From Candidatus Methanomethylophilaceae archaeon (GTDB lineage Archaea > Thermoplasmatota > Thermoplasmata > Methanomassiliicoccales > Methanomethylophilaceae): 64,000 bases of DNA. A model generated the notes under the pieces. The model searched no databases. It was not told where the DNA came from and worked only from the letters and a program-made list of their open reading frames with translations. This document shows positions 39,431-48,219 of the stretch, in pieces. The DNA lies in assembly GCA_050950505.1 (NCBI GenBank), contig JBMNHS010000001.1, positions 1,024,001 through 1,088,000 of the forward strand, written 5' to 3'. Both the position numbers and the translations under genes were made by a program. Each line of letters starts with the position of its first letter. Position 1 is the stretch's first letter.

Positions 39431-39488
39431 GATTTCGGAAAGCTCGCGTAATATAAATAGAGTGATTGATTAGACGGGATGAGACAAT

Positions 39489-40787
39489 ATGTATTGGAAT
39501 CCTGAAACAGAATGCATGCCCGTCGAGGAACTGAAGAAGCTGCAGTTCACCGAAATCAAAAAACTGGTGACCCATCTTTACGGTTCCAACGGGTTTTACA
39601 GGCAGAAAATGGATTCGTCCGGAGTCACTCCCGACGATTTGCACACACTTGAAGACGTGTCTAAACTTCCTTTCATGCACAAACAGGAATTCAGAGACAA
39701 CTATCCCACCAAAATGTTCAATGTTCCCAACACGGAAGTGGTCCGGTATCACGTTTCTTCCGGAACCACCGGAAAACCCACTCTTGTGGGATATACCCGC
39801 AACGATCTGGAATATTGGACGGATGCTTTGGCAAGATCTCTGACGTCTATAGACGTCGGTGACAAAGACACATTGCAGGTTTCTTACGGATACGGGCTGT
39901 TCACCGGCGGATTGGGTCTGCATTACGGTGCCGAAAAAGTCGGAGCCACGGTTCTTCCCGCAAGCACCGGAAGCACCGAACGGCAGCTCGAACTGATGCA
40001 GGATCTGGAAGTCACGGTCATAGCCTGCACCCCGTCGTATTTCATACACCTCATGGAAACCGCCGAAAGTCTCGGAATAGATTTCAGAAAAGACACGAAG
40101 CTCAGCAAAGCCGTTCTCGGAGCGGAACCTTGGACCGAAACAATGAGGAACCGGATTGAGAAAATGACCGGAGTCAAAGCCTACGACATATACGGCACCA
40201 GTGAATTGGCGGGACCGATGTACACCGAATGCGAAGAGCAGGACGGCATCCACATAGACGGGGACATAACCTATGCGGAAATAATCGACCCGGAAACCGG
40301 CGAGGTATTGGGCCCCGGGGAACGGGGGGAGCTTGTTGTCACAATGCTGAAGAAGAACACATTCCCCCTGGTAAGGTACAGAACCAGCGACATCACGTCG
40401 ATATACGAAGAACCCTGCCCCTGCGGACGGACTTCTCCCCGCATAGCCAGAATCACCGGGCGTTCCGACGATATGCTGATTATACGCGGTATAAACGTGT
40501 TCCCGTCCCAGGTGGAATTTGCATTGATGAAAGTTCCCGAAGTCGGGAATCAGTACATGATTGTGGTTACCAAAGAGGGGGCCATGGATCGCATGACCGT
40601 TCAGGTTGAAATCAAACCCGAAACCTTCAGCGATAAAATGGAAGATATGTTGGCGGTCAGAAAACATATAGAAAACGAACTTAAAAAATATCTCAACATC
40701 AGTGTACATGTGGAACTCAAAGCCCCCGGAGAACTTCCGAGGTTTGAAGGAAAGGCATCCCGCGTCGTGGATAAGAGGTCAGAATAA
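39489..40787 (+). CDS. paaK: Phenylacetate-CoA ligase family protein, copy 1
   Basis: SSGTTGKP, YGYGLFTGG, YGTSE, GRSDDMLIIRGINVFP. Confidence 0.92.
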   Translation: MYWNPETECMPVEELKKLQFTEIKKLVTHLYGSNGFYRQKMDSSGVTPDDLHTLEDVSKLPFMHKQEFRDNYPTKMFNVPNTEVVRYHVSSGTTGKPTLVGYTRNDLEYWTDALARSLTSIDVGDKDTLQVSYGYGLFTGGLGLHYGAEKVGATVLPASTGSTERQLELMQDLEVTVIACTPSYFIHLMETAESLGIDFRKDTKLSKAVLGAEPWTETMRNRIEKMTGVKAYDIYGTSELAGPMYTECEEQDGIHIDGDITYAEIIDPETGEVLGPGERGELVVTMLKKNTFPLVRYRTSDITSIYEEPCPCGRTSPRIARITGRSDDMLIIRGINVFPSQVEFALMKVPEVGNQYMIVVTKEGAMDRMTVQVEIKPETFSDKMEDMLAVRKHIENELKKYLNISVHVELKAPGELPRFEGKASRVVDKRSE

Positions 40788-41218
40788 TGTCAGAAGATAA
40801 CTTGATAATTCAGCTTTCGATTTTTGTGAACAATGAGCCCGGACGGTTGGCATCGATTGCCAAGACGCTCAAGGAGTGTGAAGTAAACATGAGGGCATTC
40901 AATCTCGCCGAGTCATCGGAGTTCGGAATTCTCCGCGCGATAGTGGACGATCCCGAAGAATCCTTCGGCAAGTTGAAGAGCAGAGGACTCATAGTGAAGA
41001 AAACCCACGTCATCGGAATTGTCATCGATGACACCCCCGGTTCTCTCTTCGACGCCGCCGATGTCTGCGGCCGCGAAAGCATCAACATCGAGTACGGTTA
41101 CGCTTATGCGGGAAAGAACATTTCCGCCTTTTTCATACGTGTGGACGACACGGTAAGAGCCGTCGAGGCCCTGAAGAAAGCCGATATCCGTCTGATCAAA
41201 GGTTCGGAGATCAGATGA
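40787..41218 (+). CDS. Tandem ACT-domain protein
   Basis: QLSIFVNNEPGRL, FGILR, DTPGSL, INIEYGY. Confidence 0.9.
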   Translation: MSEDNLIIQLSIFVNNEPGRLASIAKTLKECEVNMRAFNLAESSEFGILRAIVDDPEESFGKLKSRGLIVKKTHVIGIVIDDTPGSLFDAADVCGRESINIEYGYAYAGKNISAFFIRVDDTVRAVEALKKADIRLIKGSEIR

Positions 41219-42150
41219 GCAACCTCAACGTAGCGATGCTCGGAGCCAAAGTGGCTTCCGAAATAGGCAAGAAGGGAACCGTCACCGACGTGACTTTCTA
41301 TGAATTGAAGAAAGGCGACGATTCGGTGACCATGATCGAACCCGCCAAGTATCCCGAAAGGCTGTCATCGCTGTTTTTTGCCGTGGAGATGGCGGAGTTC
41401 GCCGTACTTGTCATCGATGAAATCGATGCGACTCTGGGAGAAACCATTGTCATGACCGACACCGTCGGAATCGAAAAAGGTTGGATTATCCTCAGAAATT
41501 ACATTCAACCGGAGCAGATTGCGCCTCTGATAGCGGACAGCGTTCTCGAGAATTACGAGTTCAGGGAGTACGATCCGATAAAAATCAGGGAAGAGCTTCT
41601 GGAGCTGTCTTCCGAACACAAAAGAGAACCCGGCGAAGGTTCCAAAGGAAGCTGTCCCGTTGACAGTCACTTCAACGTCCACGGCGTGGGCACCGTGGTA
41701 TTGGCATCCGTGGCTGACGGACACATACGCAAACACGACAAGATGAAAGTCTTCCCGCTCGGAAGGGAAGTGGTTCTGAGGTCGATACAGAAACACGATC
41801 TCGATTCGGAAACCGCCGTCAAAGGAGACCATACGGGACTGGCTCTCCGGGGAATAGAATCGGACGAGCTTGACAGAGGTTATGTGCTGACCACGGACAA
41901 AGACATCAAAATGACCCGGAGCTTTACCGGTAAAGTAAAAACCGTAAAGTTCTGGAAAGAACCGTTGAAGGACGGAATGGTAATGCATCTGGGTCACTGG
42001 ATGCAGATGATACCTTTCCGCATGTCTCTGTCCGGGGACGAAGTCACCTTCGACCTGAATTCGGATTTGATTTACAAACCCGGCGACAAAGCCGTTCTCA
42101 TGTACCTCGAAGGCGGGAAACTGAGAGTCGTCGGCAGTGTCACGCTGTGA
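41215..42150 (+). CDS. SelB-like / EF-Tu domain 2 protein with degenerate G domain
   Basis: GKKGTVTDVT, YPERLSSL, VDSHFNVHGVGTVVL, LRSIQKHD, LDRGYV. Confidence 0.8.
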   Translation: MSNLNVAMLGAKVASEIGKKGTVTDVTFYELKKGDDSVTMIEPAKYPERLSSLFFAVEMAEFAVLVIDEIDATLGETIVMTDTVGIEKGWIILRNYIQPEQIAPLIADSVLENYEFREYDPIKIREELLELSSEHKREPGEGSKGSCPVDSHFNVHGVGTVVLASVADGHIRKHDKMKVFPLGREVVLRSIQKHDLDSETAVKGDHTGLALRGIESDELDRGYVLTTDKDIKMTRSFTGKVKTVKFWKEPLKDGMVMHLGHWMQMIPFRMSLSGDEVTFDLNSDLIYKPGDKAVLMYLEGGKLRVVGSVTL

Positions 42151-42227
42151 GGTTTTACCTAAAGGTATAAGTACGGCACAATATTCATGAAGGGTATCGT
42201 GCCAAGTAGTAGCACGGAGGCTTGCAA

Positions 42228-43529
42228 ATGGCATATTGGAACGAAGAACTGGAAACTAAGCCGAAAGAGGAACTTCAGAAAATGCAGTTGGAACTGCTGA
42301 GGGAGAACCTCCGGACGATGTATGACTCTTCCGAGCTCGTCCGCAAACGGATGGACTCCGTCGGTCTTCTGCCGGAAGACATAGACAGTTTCGAAACCTT
42401 CAGAAAAATGCCGTTCATGCACAAATCCGACCTGAGGGACAACTACCCCGACGGTCTGTTCGTGAAACCCTATCATGAACTCGTCAGAGTTCACGTCTCA
42501 TCCGGAACCACCGGGACCCCCACCGTTGTGGGGTACACCCAGAACGATTTGGACAATTGGGCCGAATCTCTGAACCGGGGAATGGTTTCTTTCGGAATGA
42601 ACAAAGACGACATGTTGCAGAATTTCCATGGATACGGGCTGTTCACCGGCGGATTGGGCGTTCATTACGCCGCCGAAAGGATGGGTGTCACGGTTTTGCC
42701 CATAGGCACCGGAAACACCGAAAGACAAATCAAAATGATGCAGGACCTTCCGATAACGGTGTTTGCGGGAACCCCGTCATACATGTTCCACATCGCCGAT
42801 GTGTGCGACCGCAAAGGCATCGACATCCGCAAGGACACCAAAGTCAGAAAAGCCATTGCCGGCGGCGAACCCTGGTCGGAAAGCATGAGGACCAAACTTC
42901 AGGAACGGACCGGCATCAGAGTCCACAACTGTTACGGCGCAAGCGAATTCTACGGTCCGATGTTTCTGGAATGCGAAAAACAATCGGGACTTCACATCTG
43001 GGCCGATTTGGCTTACATAGAGATACTTGACAAGGACGGCAATCCCTGTGCCGACGGCGAAAGGGGCGAAATCGTCATTACCATGCTAAAAAAAGAAGCG
43101 TTCCCGTTAATCCGTTACAAAATAGGGGACATATCCGCTCTCACCTGGGAGAAATGCGAGTGCGGACGCACTCACCCCCGGCTTATGAGAATATCCGGAC
43201 GCACCGACGACATGCTGATCGTCCGCGGAGTCAACGTGTTTCCTTCGCAGATTGAAGGCGTTCTCGGCGGATTCGATTTCCTGGCACCGTTTTACAACAT
43301 CGTCCTGACCAACGAGAATTTCATGGACGTCATGGTCGTCGAAGTCGAAATCTCCGAAGACTCCCTCACGGAAGACACCGTCAAACTGGACAAGATGACC
43401 AGAACCGTGGAGGCAAGCCTGAAGAACGAACTCAACGTCAAGGCGGAAGTGCGCATGGTGTTGCCCGGAACCTTAAAAAGATTCGAGGGCAAATCAAGCC
43501 ATGTCGAAGATTTGCGCAGATACGATTGA
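42228..43529 (+). CDS. paaK: Phenylacetate-CoA ligase family protein, copy 2
   Basis: SSGTTGTP, GYGLFTGG, YGASE, GRTDDMLIVRGVNVFP. Confidence 0.92.
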   Translation: MAYWNEELETKPKEELQKMQLELLRENLRTMYDSSELVRKRMDSVGLLPEDIDSFETFRKMPFMHKSDLRDNYPDGLFVKPYHELVRVHVSSGTTGTPTVVGYTQNDLDNWAESLNRGMVSFGMNKDDMLQNFHGYGLFTGGLGVHYAAERMGVTVLPIGTGNTERQIKMMQDLPITVFAGTPSYMFHIADVCDRKGIDIRKDTKVRKAIAGGEPWSESMRTKLQERTGIRVHNCYGASEFYGPMFLECEKQSGLHIWADLAYIEILDKDGNPCADGERGEIVITMLKKEAFPLIRYKIGDISALTWEKCECGRTHPRLMRISGRTDDMLIVRGVNVFPSQIEGVLGGFDFLAPFYNIVLTNENFMDVMVVEVEISEDSLTEDTVKLDKMTRTVEASLKNELNVKAEVRMVLPGTLKRFEGKSSHVEDLRRYD

Positions 43530-43531
43530 AA

Positions 43532-44068
43532 TCATCCGGTGATTTGCTTGATGAAATCCTTCAGTTTTTCCTTGTACAGAGGGCGGTTTATTTCTTCCTT
43601 GTCGGCGAAGGGAACGGCGAAAGTGTTCAGGTAAGTCATGTGGAAGTATTCGCACATGTCCATCATCGCCGTGACCGCATAGGACGCAACGAACTCGTCG
43701 TCTCCCATGGTGGTCACCAACGCGACCTTCTTTCCGCTCAGTGAATCATACATGCAGTGAAGGCGCTCAAGGAACGCTTTTGTGCAGGCCGTGAACTGCC
43801 ACATGTAAATCGGACTTGCGAGAATAATGAGGTCGGTATCTCTGACGATGGGGTAGATGTCGTCCATGTCGTCATCCACCGCGCATTGGCCTTCGTTGCC
43901 TTCCTTTTCACAGACACCGCAGTTGTTGCAACCGAGAATATCTTTGTCGAACAGTCTTACGACGTCAATGTCGTATCCCGCTTCTTCGAGTCCCGGCACC
44001 AGATTTTTGATTACTTCGGATGTGTATCCGTCCACTCTGGGAGTTCCGCTGAATATTGTGATCTTCAT
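43532..44068 (-). CDS. Iron-sulfur flavoprotein (flavodoxin family)
   Basis: GTPRVDGYT, CNNCGVC...C, ASPIY. Confidence 0.88.
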   Translation of the reverse strand: MKITIFSGTPRVDGYTSEVIKNLVPGLEEAGYDIDVVRLFDKDILGCNNCGVCEKEGNEGQCAVDDDMDDIYPIVRDTDLIILASPIYMWQFTACTKAFLERLHCMYDSLSGKKVALVTTMGDDEFVASYAVTAMMDMCEYFHMTYLNTFAVPFADKEEINRPLYKEKLKDFIKQITG

Positions 44069-44117
44069 TTGATCTCCGATACAGTCTATGAGTCAACCCG
44101 ATTTTAACCGTTTTGCA

Positions 44118-44780
44118 TCAGTTGGCGCAGAGTACCTGCCCCTTTCTGGAGATGATGTATGTGGTGAGAGGAACGTCCTTTCCGCTTTTTTCAATGGCTT
44201 TGTTGACGGCGTTGTACATTCCCGAACAGCAGGGAACATCCATTCTTACCAACGTGATGGTTTTGATATCGTTGTTCTTGAGGATTTCCGATAATTTTTC
44301 ACTGTAATCGACGGGATCCAGTTTTGGACATCCTATCAACGTTATCTTTCCCTTGATGAACCTGTCGTGGAAGTTCTTTATGGAATATGCAGTGCAGTCG
44401 GCGGCAATCAGCAGATCGCTTCCGTCGAACCAGGGCGCTTTGACGGGAACCAGATTTATCTGAACCGGCCATTGGGAAAGCTCGCTGTCTTTGGGACCGT
44501 CATCGTCAAAAGGAATCATGGTCGGAACGGTGTTGCAGTCACAGGCGACGTTCTGTTCCAAAAAGGGATTCACAAAAGCCGGGGCTTCCCGGTATTCCAG
44601 TTTGATGGCATCCCGGGGGCAGGCGGGCAGACAATCCCCAAGTCCGTCGCAGTGATTTTCTTTTACGAGTTTGGCTTTTCCGTCGACAAGGGCCAATGCT
44701 CCTTCGGAACAAGCGTCAATACAAAGTCCGCAGCCGTCGCATTTTTCCTCATCGATTTTAATCATCTGCCTCTTCTTCAT
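44118..44780 (-). CDS. 2[4Fe-4S] ferredoxin-domain protein
   Basis: CDGCGLCIDAC, CDGLGDCLPACP, QWPVQI, AADC, GCPKLD, VPCC. Confidence 0.88.
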   Translation of the reverse strand: MKKRQMIKIDEEKCDGCGLCIDACSEGALALVDGKAKLVKENHCDGLGDCLPACPRDAIKLEYREAPAFVNPFLEQNVACDCNTVPTMIPFDDDGPKDSELSQWPVQINLVPVKAPWFDGSDLLIAADCTAYSIKNFHDRFIKGKITLIGCPKLDPVDYSEKLSEILKNNDIKTITLVRMDVPCCSGMYNAVNKAIEKSGKDVPLTTYIISRKGQVLCAN

Positions 44781-44841
44781 GAAATCGGAATATCCTTGGA
44801 CAGTATAGATATATTGAGTATGCGGAAGGAAACCGTGAAAG

Positions 44842-44928
44842 TGGTGCGGGGGATGGGATTTGAACCCACGAACCACTAAGGACAGGATCCTAAGTCCTGC
44901 GCCGTTGGCCGGGCTTGGCAACCCCCGC
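44842..44928 (-). tRNA. tRNA-Leu (anticodon TAG), CCA encoded
   Basis: GCGGGGGTTGCCAAGCCCGGCCAACGGCG CAGGA-CTTAGGA-TCCTG, long variable arm, GTGGG-TTCAAAT-CCCAT CCCCCGCACCA. Confidence 0.95.
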
Positions 44929-45021
44929 TTGCTTTCATCGTATATCCGCCGTATTCTTATTATTTGTCTTTACCACCTTTTTTATAAAGAATTTCTATAC
45001 CTTGTCTCATAGAGGCTGAAT

Positions 45022-46839
45022 ATGACAGACATCTTGGCTAAAGACGGAAAACACCTGCTTCTGGGGAACGAAGCCATCACCAGAGGTTTGTTCGAAGCAG
45101 GGGTAAGATACTCGTCCACATACCCCGGGACTCCTTCTTCGGAAGTCGGAAACATACTTGAGACGGAAGCCGAAAAAGGAGGAATGTATTTTGAATTCTC
45201 AACAAACGAAAAAACCGCATTGGAAGTCGCCGCCGCGGCGGCGGCTTCAGGTTTGAGATCTTTCACTTTCATGAAACATGTGGGTCTCAACGTTGCCGCC
45301 GATCCCATGATGACTCTGGCCTATTCCGGCGTTGAGGGCGGTATGCTCATAATGACCGCCGACGACCCGTCCTGTCACAGTTCACAGAACGAACAGGACA
45401 ACCGTATGTATGCCATGTTGTCTCTTTTACCAATGGTGGAGCCTTCGACCCCCGCCGAAGCCAAAGACATGATCGCCGAGGCTTACAAAATATCTGAAGC
45501 CGTCAATCTCCCTGTCATATACCGTACCACCACCCGCGTAAATCACGCAAGGGGGCCGGTGGAATTCGGACCGATGGCCGACACACCCGTGAAAGGGCAT
45601 TTCGTCAAAGACGACCCCAAATACGTCAATATCCCCGCGTTCTCAAAACCTAACCGCACAAGGCTGTTGGAGAAGCAGAAGAAAGCCATGGAACTTTCCG
45701 AGAATTCGCCTTTGAATTTCACGGAAGGCGAGGGTGAAGTGGGAATCATCACATCGGGAGTTTCATACACCTATGTCAAAGAGTTTGTCGGTGACGCAGC
45801 CATACTCAAACTGGGATTCACCGCGCCTTTGCCGGAAAAGAAAATCGCAGACTTCGTCAGAGGAAAAAAAGCCGTCATAATCGTCGAAGAACTGGAACCC
45901 TACCTTGAGGACAACGTTCTCAGAATTTCAGCCCAGGAATCTCTCAGCGTTCCCATATACGGAAAACGCAGCGGACATTTCCCACGGGAGTGGGAATATT
46001 CGCCGGACACGCTTACCGCGGTTTCCGACATCGTCAAAGTTCAAAAATTCGAAAAACCTCTTTCAAAACCCGACATCCTTCTGCCCGGAAGACCTCCGAC
46101 GCTGTGTGCCGGATGTCCCCACCGCGGCACCTTCGCGGCCGTGACAAGGGAAATGAAAGGCAAAGAGGCAGTTTACTGTTCGGACATAGGTTGTTACACC
46201 CTTGGAATTCAGGCACCCTTCCATGCGGCGGATTTCATAATCTGCATGGGCGGAGGGGCGGGAGCGGCGGGAGGGTTCGCCGAAGCCACGGACCAGATTC
46301 CGATTGCGTTCATCGGGGATTCGACATTCTTCCACTCCGGCGTTCAGCCTTTGGTTTCCGCTTTGTTCAACAATCATAAAATCAAAATGATCATAATGGA
46401 CAACCGCAGCACTGCGATGACCGGACATCAGCCCAATCCCGGTACGGGGAGGAATTTCGGCGGAATCACCACCGAACCTCTGGATATAGAATCTCTTGTA
46501 AAGGGAATCGGCGTGAAACATGTCAGTACCGTCGACCCTTACGATGTCAAGGCCATGCGCAAAGCCGTGCGCGAAGCCATCGATTTCGACGGTGTCGCGG
46601 TCGTTGTCGCAAAACAGGCATGTCCCCTCGAACTGAAGAAGCAGAAAATACTCAAAGTAAAGAGATGCGAAGTCGATCATGAAAAATGCATCAGATGTTA
46701 CACATGTCTGAAGACCATAGCGTGTCCTGCACTGATCAAAGACAAGGACGGATCCATTCTGGTTGACGATGTTCAATGCATAGGCTGCGGCATGTGTGCC
46801 AATGTTTGTCCAAAAGACGCATTGGAGGTGAAGGAATGA
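45022..46839 (+). CDS. iorA: Indolepyruvate:ferredoxin oxidoreductase alpha subunit
   Basis: LGNEAI, YPGTPSSE, MKHVGLNVA, RPPTLCAGCPH, GDSTFFHSG, C-terminal ferredoxin. Confidence 0.96.
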   Translation: MTDILAKDGKHLLLGNEAITRGLFEAGVRYSSTYPGTPSSEVGNILETEAEKGGMYFEFSTNEKTALEVAAAAAASGLRSFTFMKHVGLNVAADPMMTLAYSGVEGGMLIMTADDPSCHSSQNEQDNRMYAMLSLLPMVEPSTPAEAKDMIAEAYKISEAVNLPVIYRTTTRVNHARGPVEFGPMADTPVKGHFVKDDPKYVNIPAFSKPNRTRLLEKQKKAMELSENSPLNFTEGEGEVGIITSGVSYTYVKEFVGDAAILKLGFTAPLPEKKIADFVRGKKAVIIVEELEPYLEDNVLRISAQESLSVPIYGKRSGHFPREWEYSPDTLTAVSDIVKVQKFEKPLSKPDILLPGRPPTLCAGCPHRGTFAAVTREMKGKEAVYCSDIGCYTLGIQAPFHAADFIICMGGGAGAAGGFAEATDQIPIAFIGDSTFFHSGVQPLVSALFNNHKIKMIIMDNRSTAMTGHQPNPGTGRNFGGITTEPLDIESLVKGIGVKHVSTVDPYDVKAMRKAVREAIDFDGVAVVVAKQACPLELKKQKILKVKRCEVDHEKCIRCYTCLKTIACPALIKDKDGSILVDDVQCIGCGMCANVCPKDALEVKE

Positions 46840-47435
46840 AGTATACCGTTCAGATAGTCGGTGTCGGGGGACAGGGAGTTCTCCTGGCTTCCATGGTCAT
46901 CGGAAACGCCGCCATGAAAGCCGGACACGATGTGGCCATGAGTGAAGTTCACGGCATGGCCCAGAGGGGGGGAAGCGTATTGTCCACGGTGAGATTCGGC
47001 GACGGCATAACCAGTCCTTTGGAAGCCGTCGGAGGTGCCAATCTCTTAATCGGATTCGAACCTGCCGAAACTGCCAGAAACCTTTCCCTTTGCAATAAAG
47101 ACACAGCGGTTCTCATGAATCTGGATCCGATTCTTCCCTCATCGGTCGCGGCAGGATTCGATACATATCCCGAAGTGGACGACATTGTGAAAGCCGTGAA
47201 AGCTTCGGTTCCCAGATTGATGACCATAGGCGCTACGGATCTTGCAACCGAAGCCGGACGCGCCGTCGTCGCAAATGCGGTGATGATAGGTGCCGTTGCC
47301 GCCGCCGAAGGATTCCCGCTCGACAAGGACTTGCTGTTGGAAACCCTGTTGGAAACTGTTCCTGAAAAATTCGTGGACCTGAACCGGAAAGCTTTCGAGC
47401 TGGGATATGAGTATTACGTATCCAACAGAGTCTGA
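46836..47435 (+). CDS. iorB: Indolepyruvate:ferredoxin oxidoreductase beta subunit
   Basis: GVGGQG, SEVHGMAQRGGSV, NRKAF. Confidence 0.95.
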   Translation: MKYTVQIVGVGGQGVLLASMVIGNAAMKAGHDVAMSEVHGMAQRGGSVLSTVRFGDGITSPLEAVGGANLLIGFEPAETARNLSLCNKDTAVLMNLDPILPSSVAAGFDTYPEVDDIVKAVKASVPRLMTIGATDLATEAGRAVVANAVMIGAVAAAEGFPLDKDLLLETLLETVPEKFVDLNRKAFELGYEYYVSNRV

Positions 47436-47448
47436 ACAAAAACCATTG

Positions 47449-47479
47449 GGCCCGGGAAACCGGGCCATGTTTTATTTTT
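47449..47479 (+). terminator. Hairpin plus T-tract after iorB
   Basis: GGCCCGG-GAAA-CCGGGCC then TGTTTTATTTTT. Confidence 0.7.
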
Positions 47480-47501
47480 CGAACCGTATCGAATAAAAAT
47501 T

Positions 47502-47546
47502 AAAAGTTGCAATGATACCGGCGGCACTTCGCACCGGCATCACTGC
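47502..47546 (-). terminator. Long hairpin ending the RHH gene 3' region
   Basis: Minus strand GCAGTGATGCCGG...CCGGTATCATTGC (G-U pairs valid on minus) then AACTTTT. Confidence 0.6.
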
Positions 47547-47630
47547 GCGTGCATCCCATAAACAAGAGGTTTGGAGGCGCGGGCCGGTATACGAGTCCCA
47601 TCCTTTGACCGGCCCGCACATATCGGTTCT

Positions 47631-47996
47631 TCATTTCAATTTCGAAGCCATCTGTGCCAAATCGAAAGCATTCTCGACGGTCTTTTTCATACCGGATTCG
47701 GGAATGATTTTTTCCAACACAGTGTTTCTCACGAATTCCTCCTCCGTAAGGCAAATCCCTTCATCCTTAAGAGTGGAAAGCATGATCATCTGCAACTCCG
47801 AAAAGCGGACGAAGATTCCGCTTTCATCCTCACGTGCGTCTTTGGCACCGGGTGCATCTCCGGAAACGAACGCTCGGATTGCGGCACGGATGAGATTGGA
47901 TCGATTTCCGATATCCGGGTTCTCTTCTACGAAGTCTTCCATAATCTGGACTTCTTCGGGTCCCATCCTGAGAGTTACCTTGATATCATCCGTCAT
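47631..47996 (-). CDS. Ribbon-helix-helix (CopG/CdrS-like) DNA-binding protein
   Basis: KVTLRM beta-strand, ..NRSNLIRAAIR helix; second RHH-like unit IFVRF...EEFVR; SD GGTGA. Confidence 0.8.
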   Translation of the reverse strand: MTDDIKVTLRMGPEEVQIMEDFVEENPDIGNRSNLIRAAIRAFVSGDAPGAKDAREDESGIFVRFSELQMIMLSTLKDEGICLTEEEFVRNTVLEKIIPESGMKKTVENAFDLAQMASKLK

Positions 47997-48054
47997 TCAC
48001 TCACCGTGCCACAGAGCTTGTAGAGTCCCATCCCTTCAGGCTCTGGATATACCA

Positions 48055-48104
48055 TGTAAGACGGAGTATTTAAAAGTGTCGGGCATTGTCCTACTTTGTC
48101 CGAC
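48055..48104 (-). promoter_or_regulatory. TATA box of the RHH gene flanked by GTMNKAC-like repeats
   Basis: Minus TTTAAATA at 48074-48067; GTAAGAC at 48056-48062; TGTC at 48077, 48087, 48097. Confidence 0.55.
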
Positions 48105-48219
48105 GGATTTGTATAAGAAATATCATACGGCTGCGCTTTTCATACGTACGCACATGATAGAGGTATAGAATAGTATATAATCGGTGTGGACTTCTTCACG
48201 AAATCATCGGGTAATGTAA

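Noticed and set aside
44842-44859. ATCCCATCCC and CCCGCAC shared between tRNA-Leu and the 10452 hairpin
   Set aside because: In the tRNA these bases are fixed by T-stem and acceptor pairing, and the hairpin has no cloverleaf; treated as coincidence.
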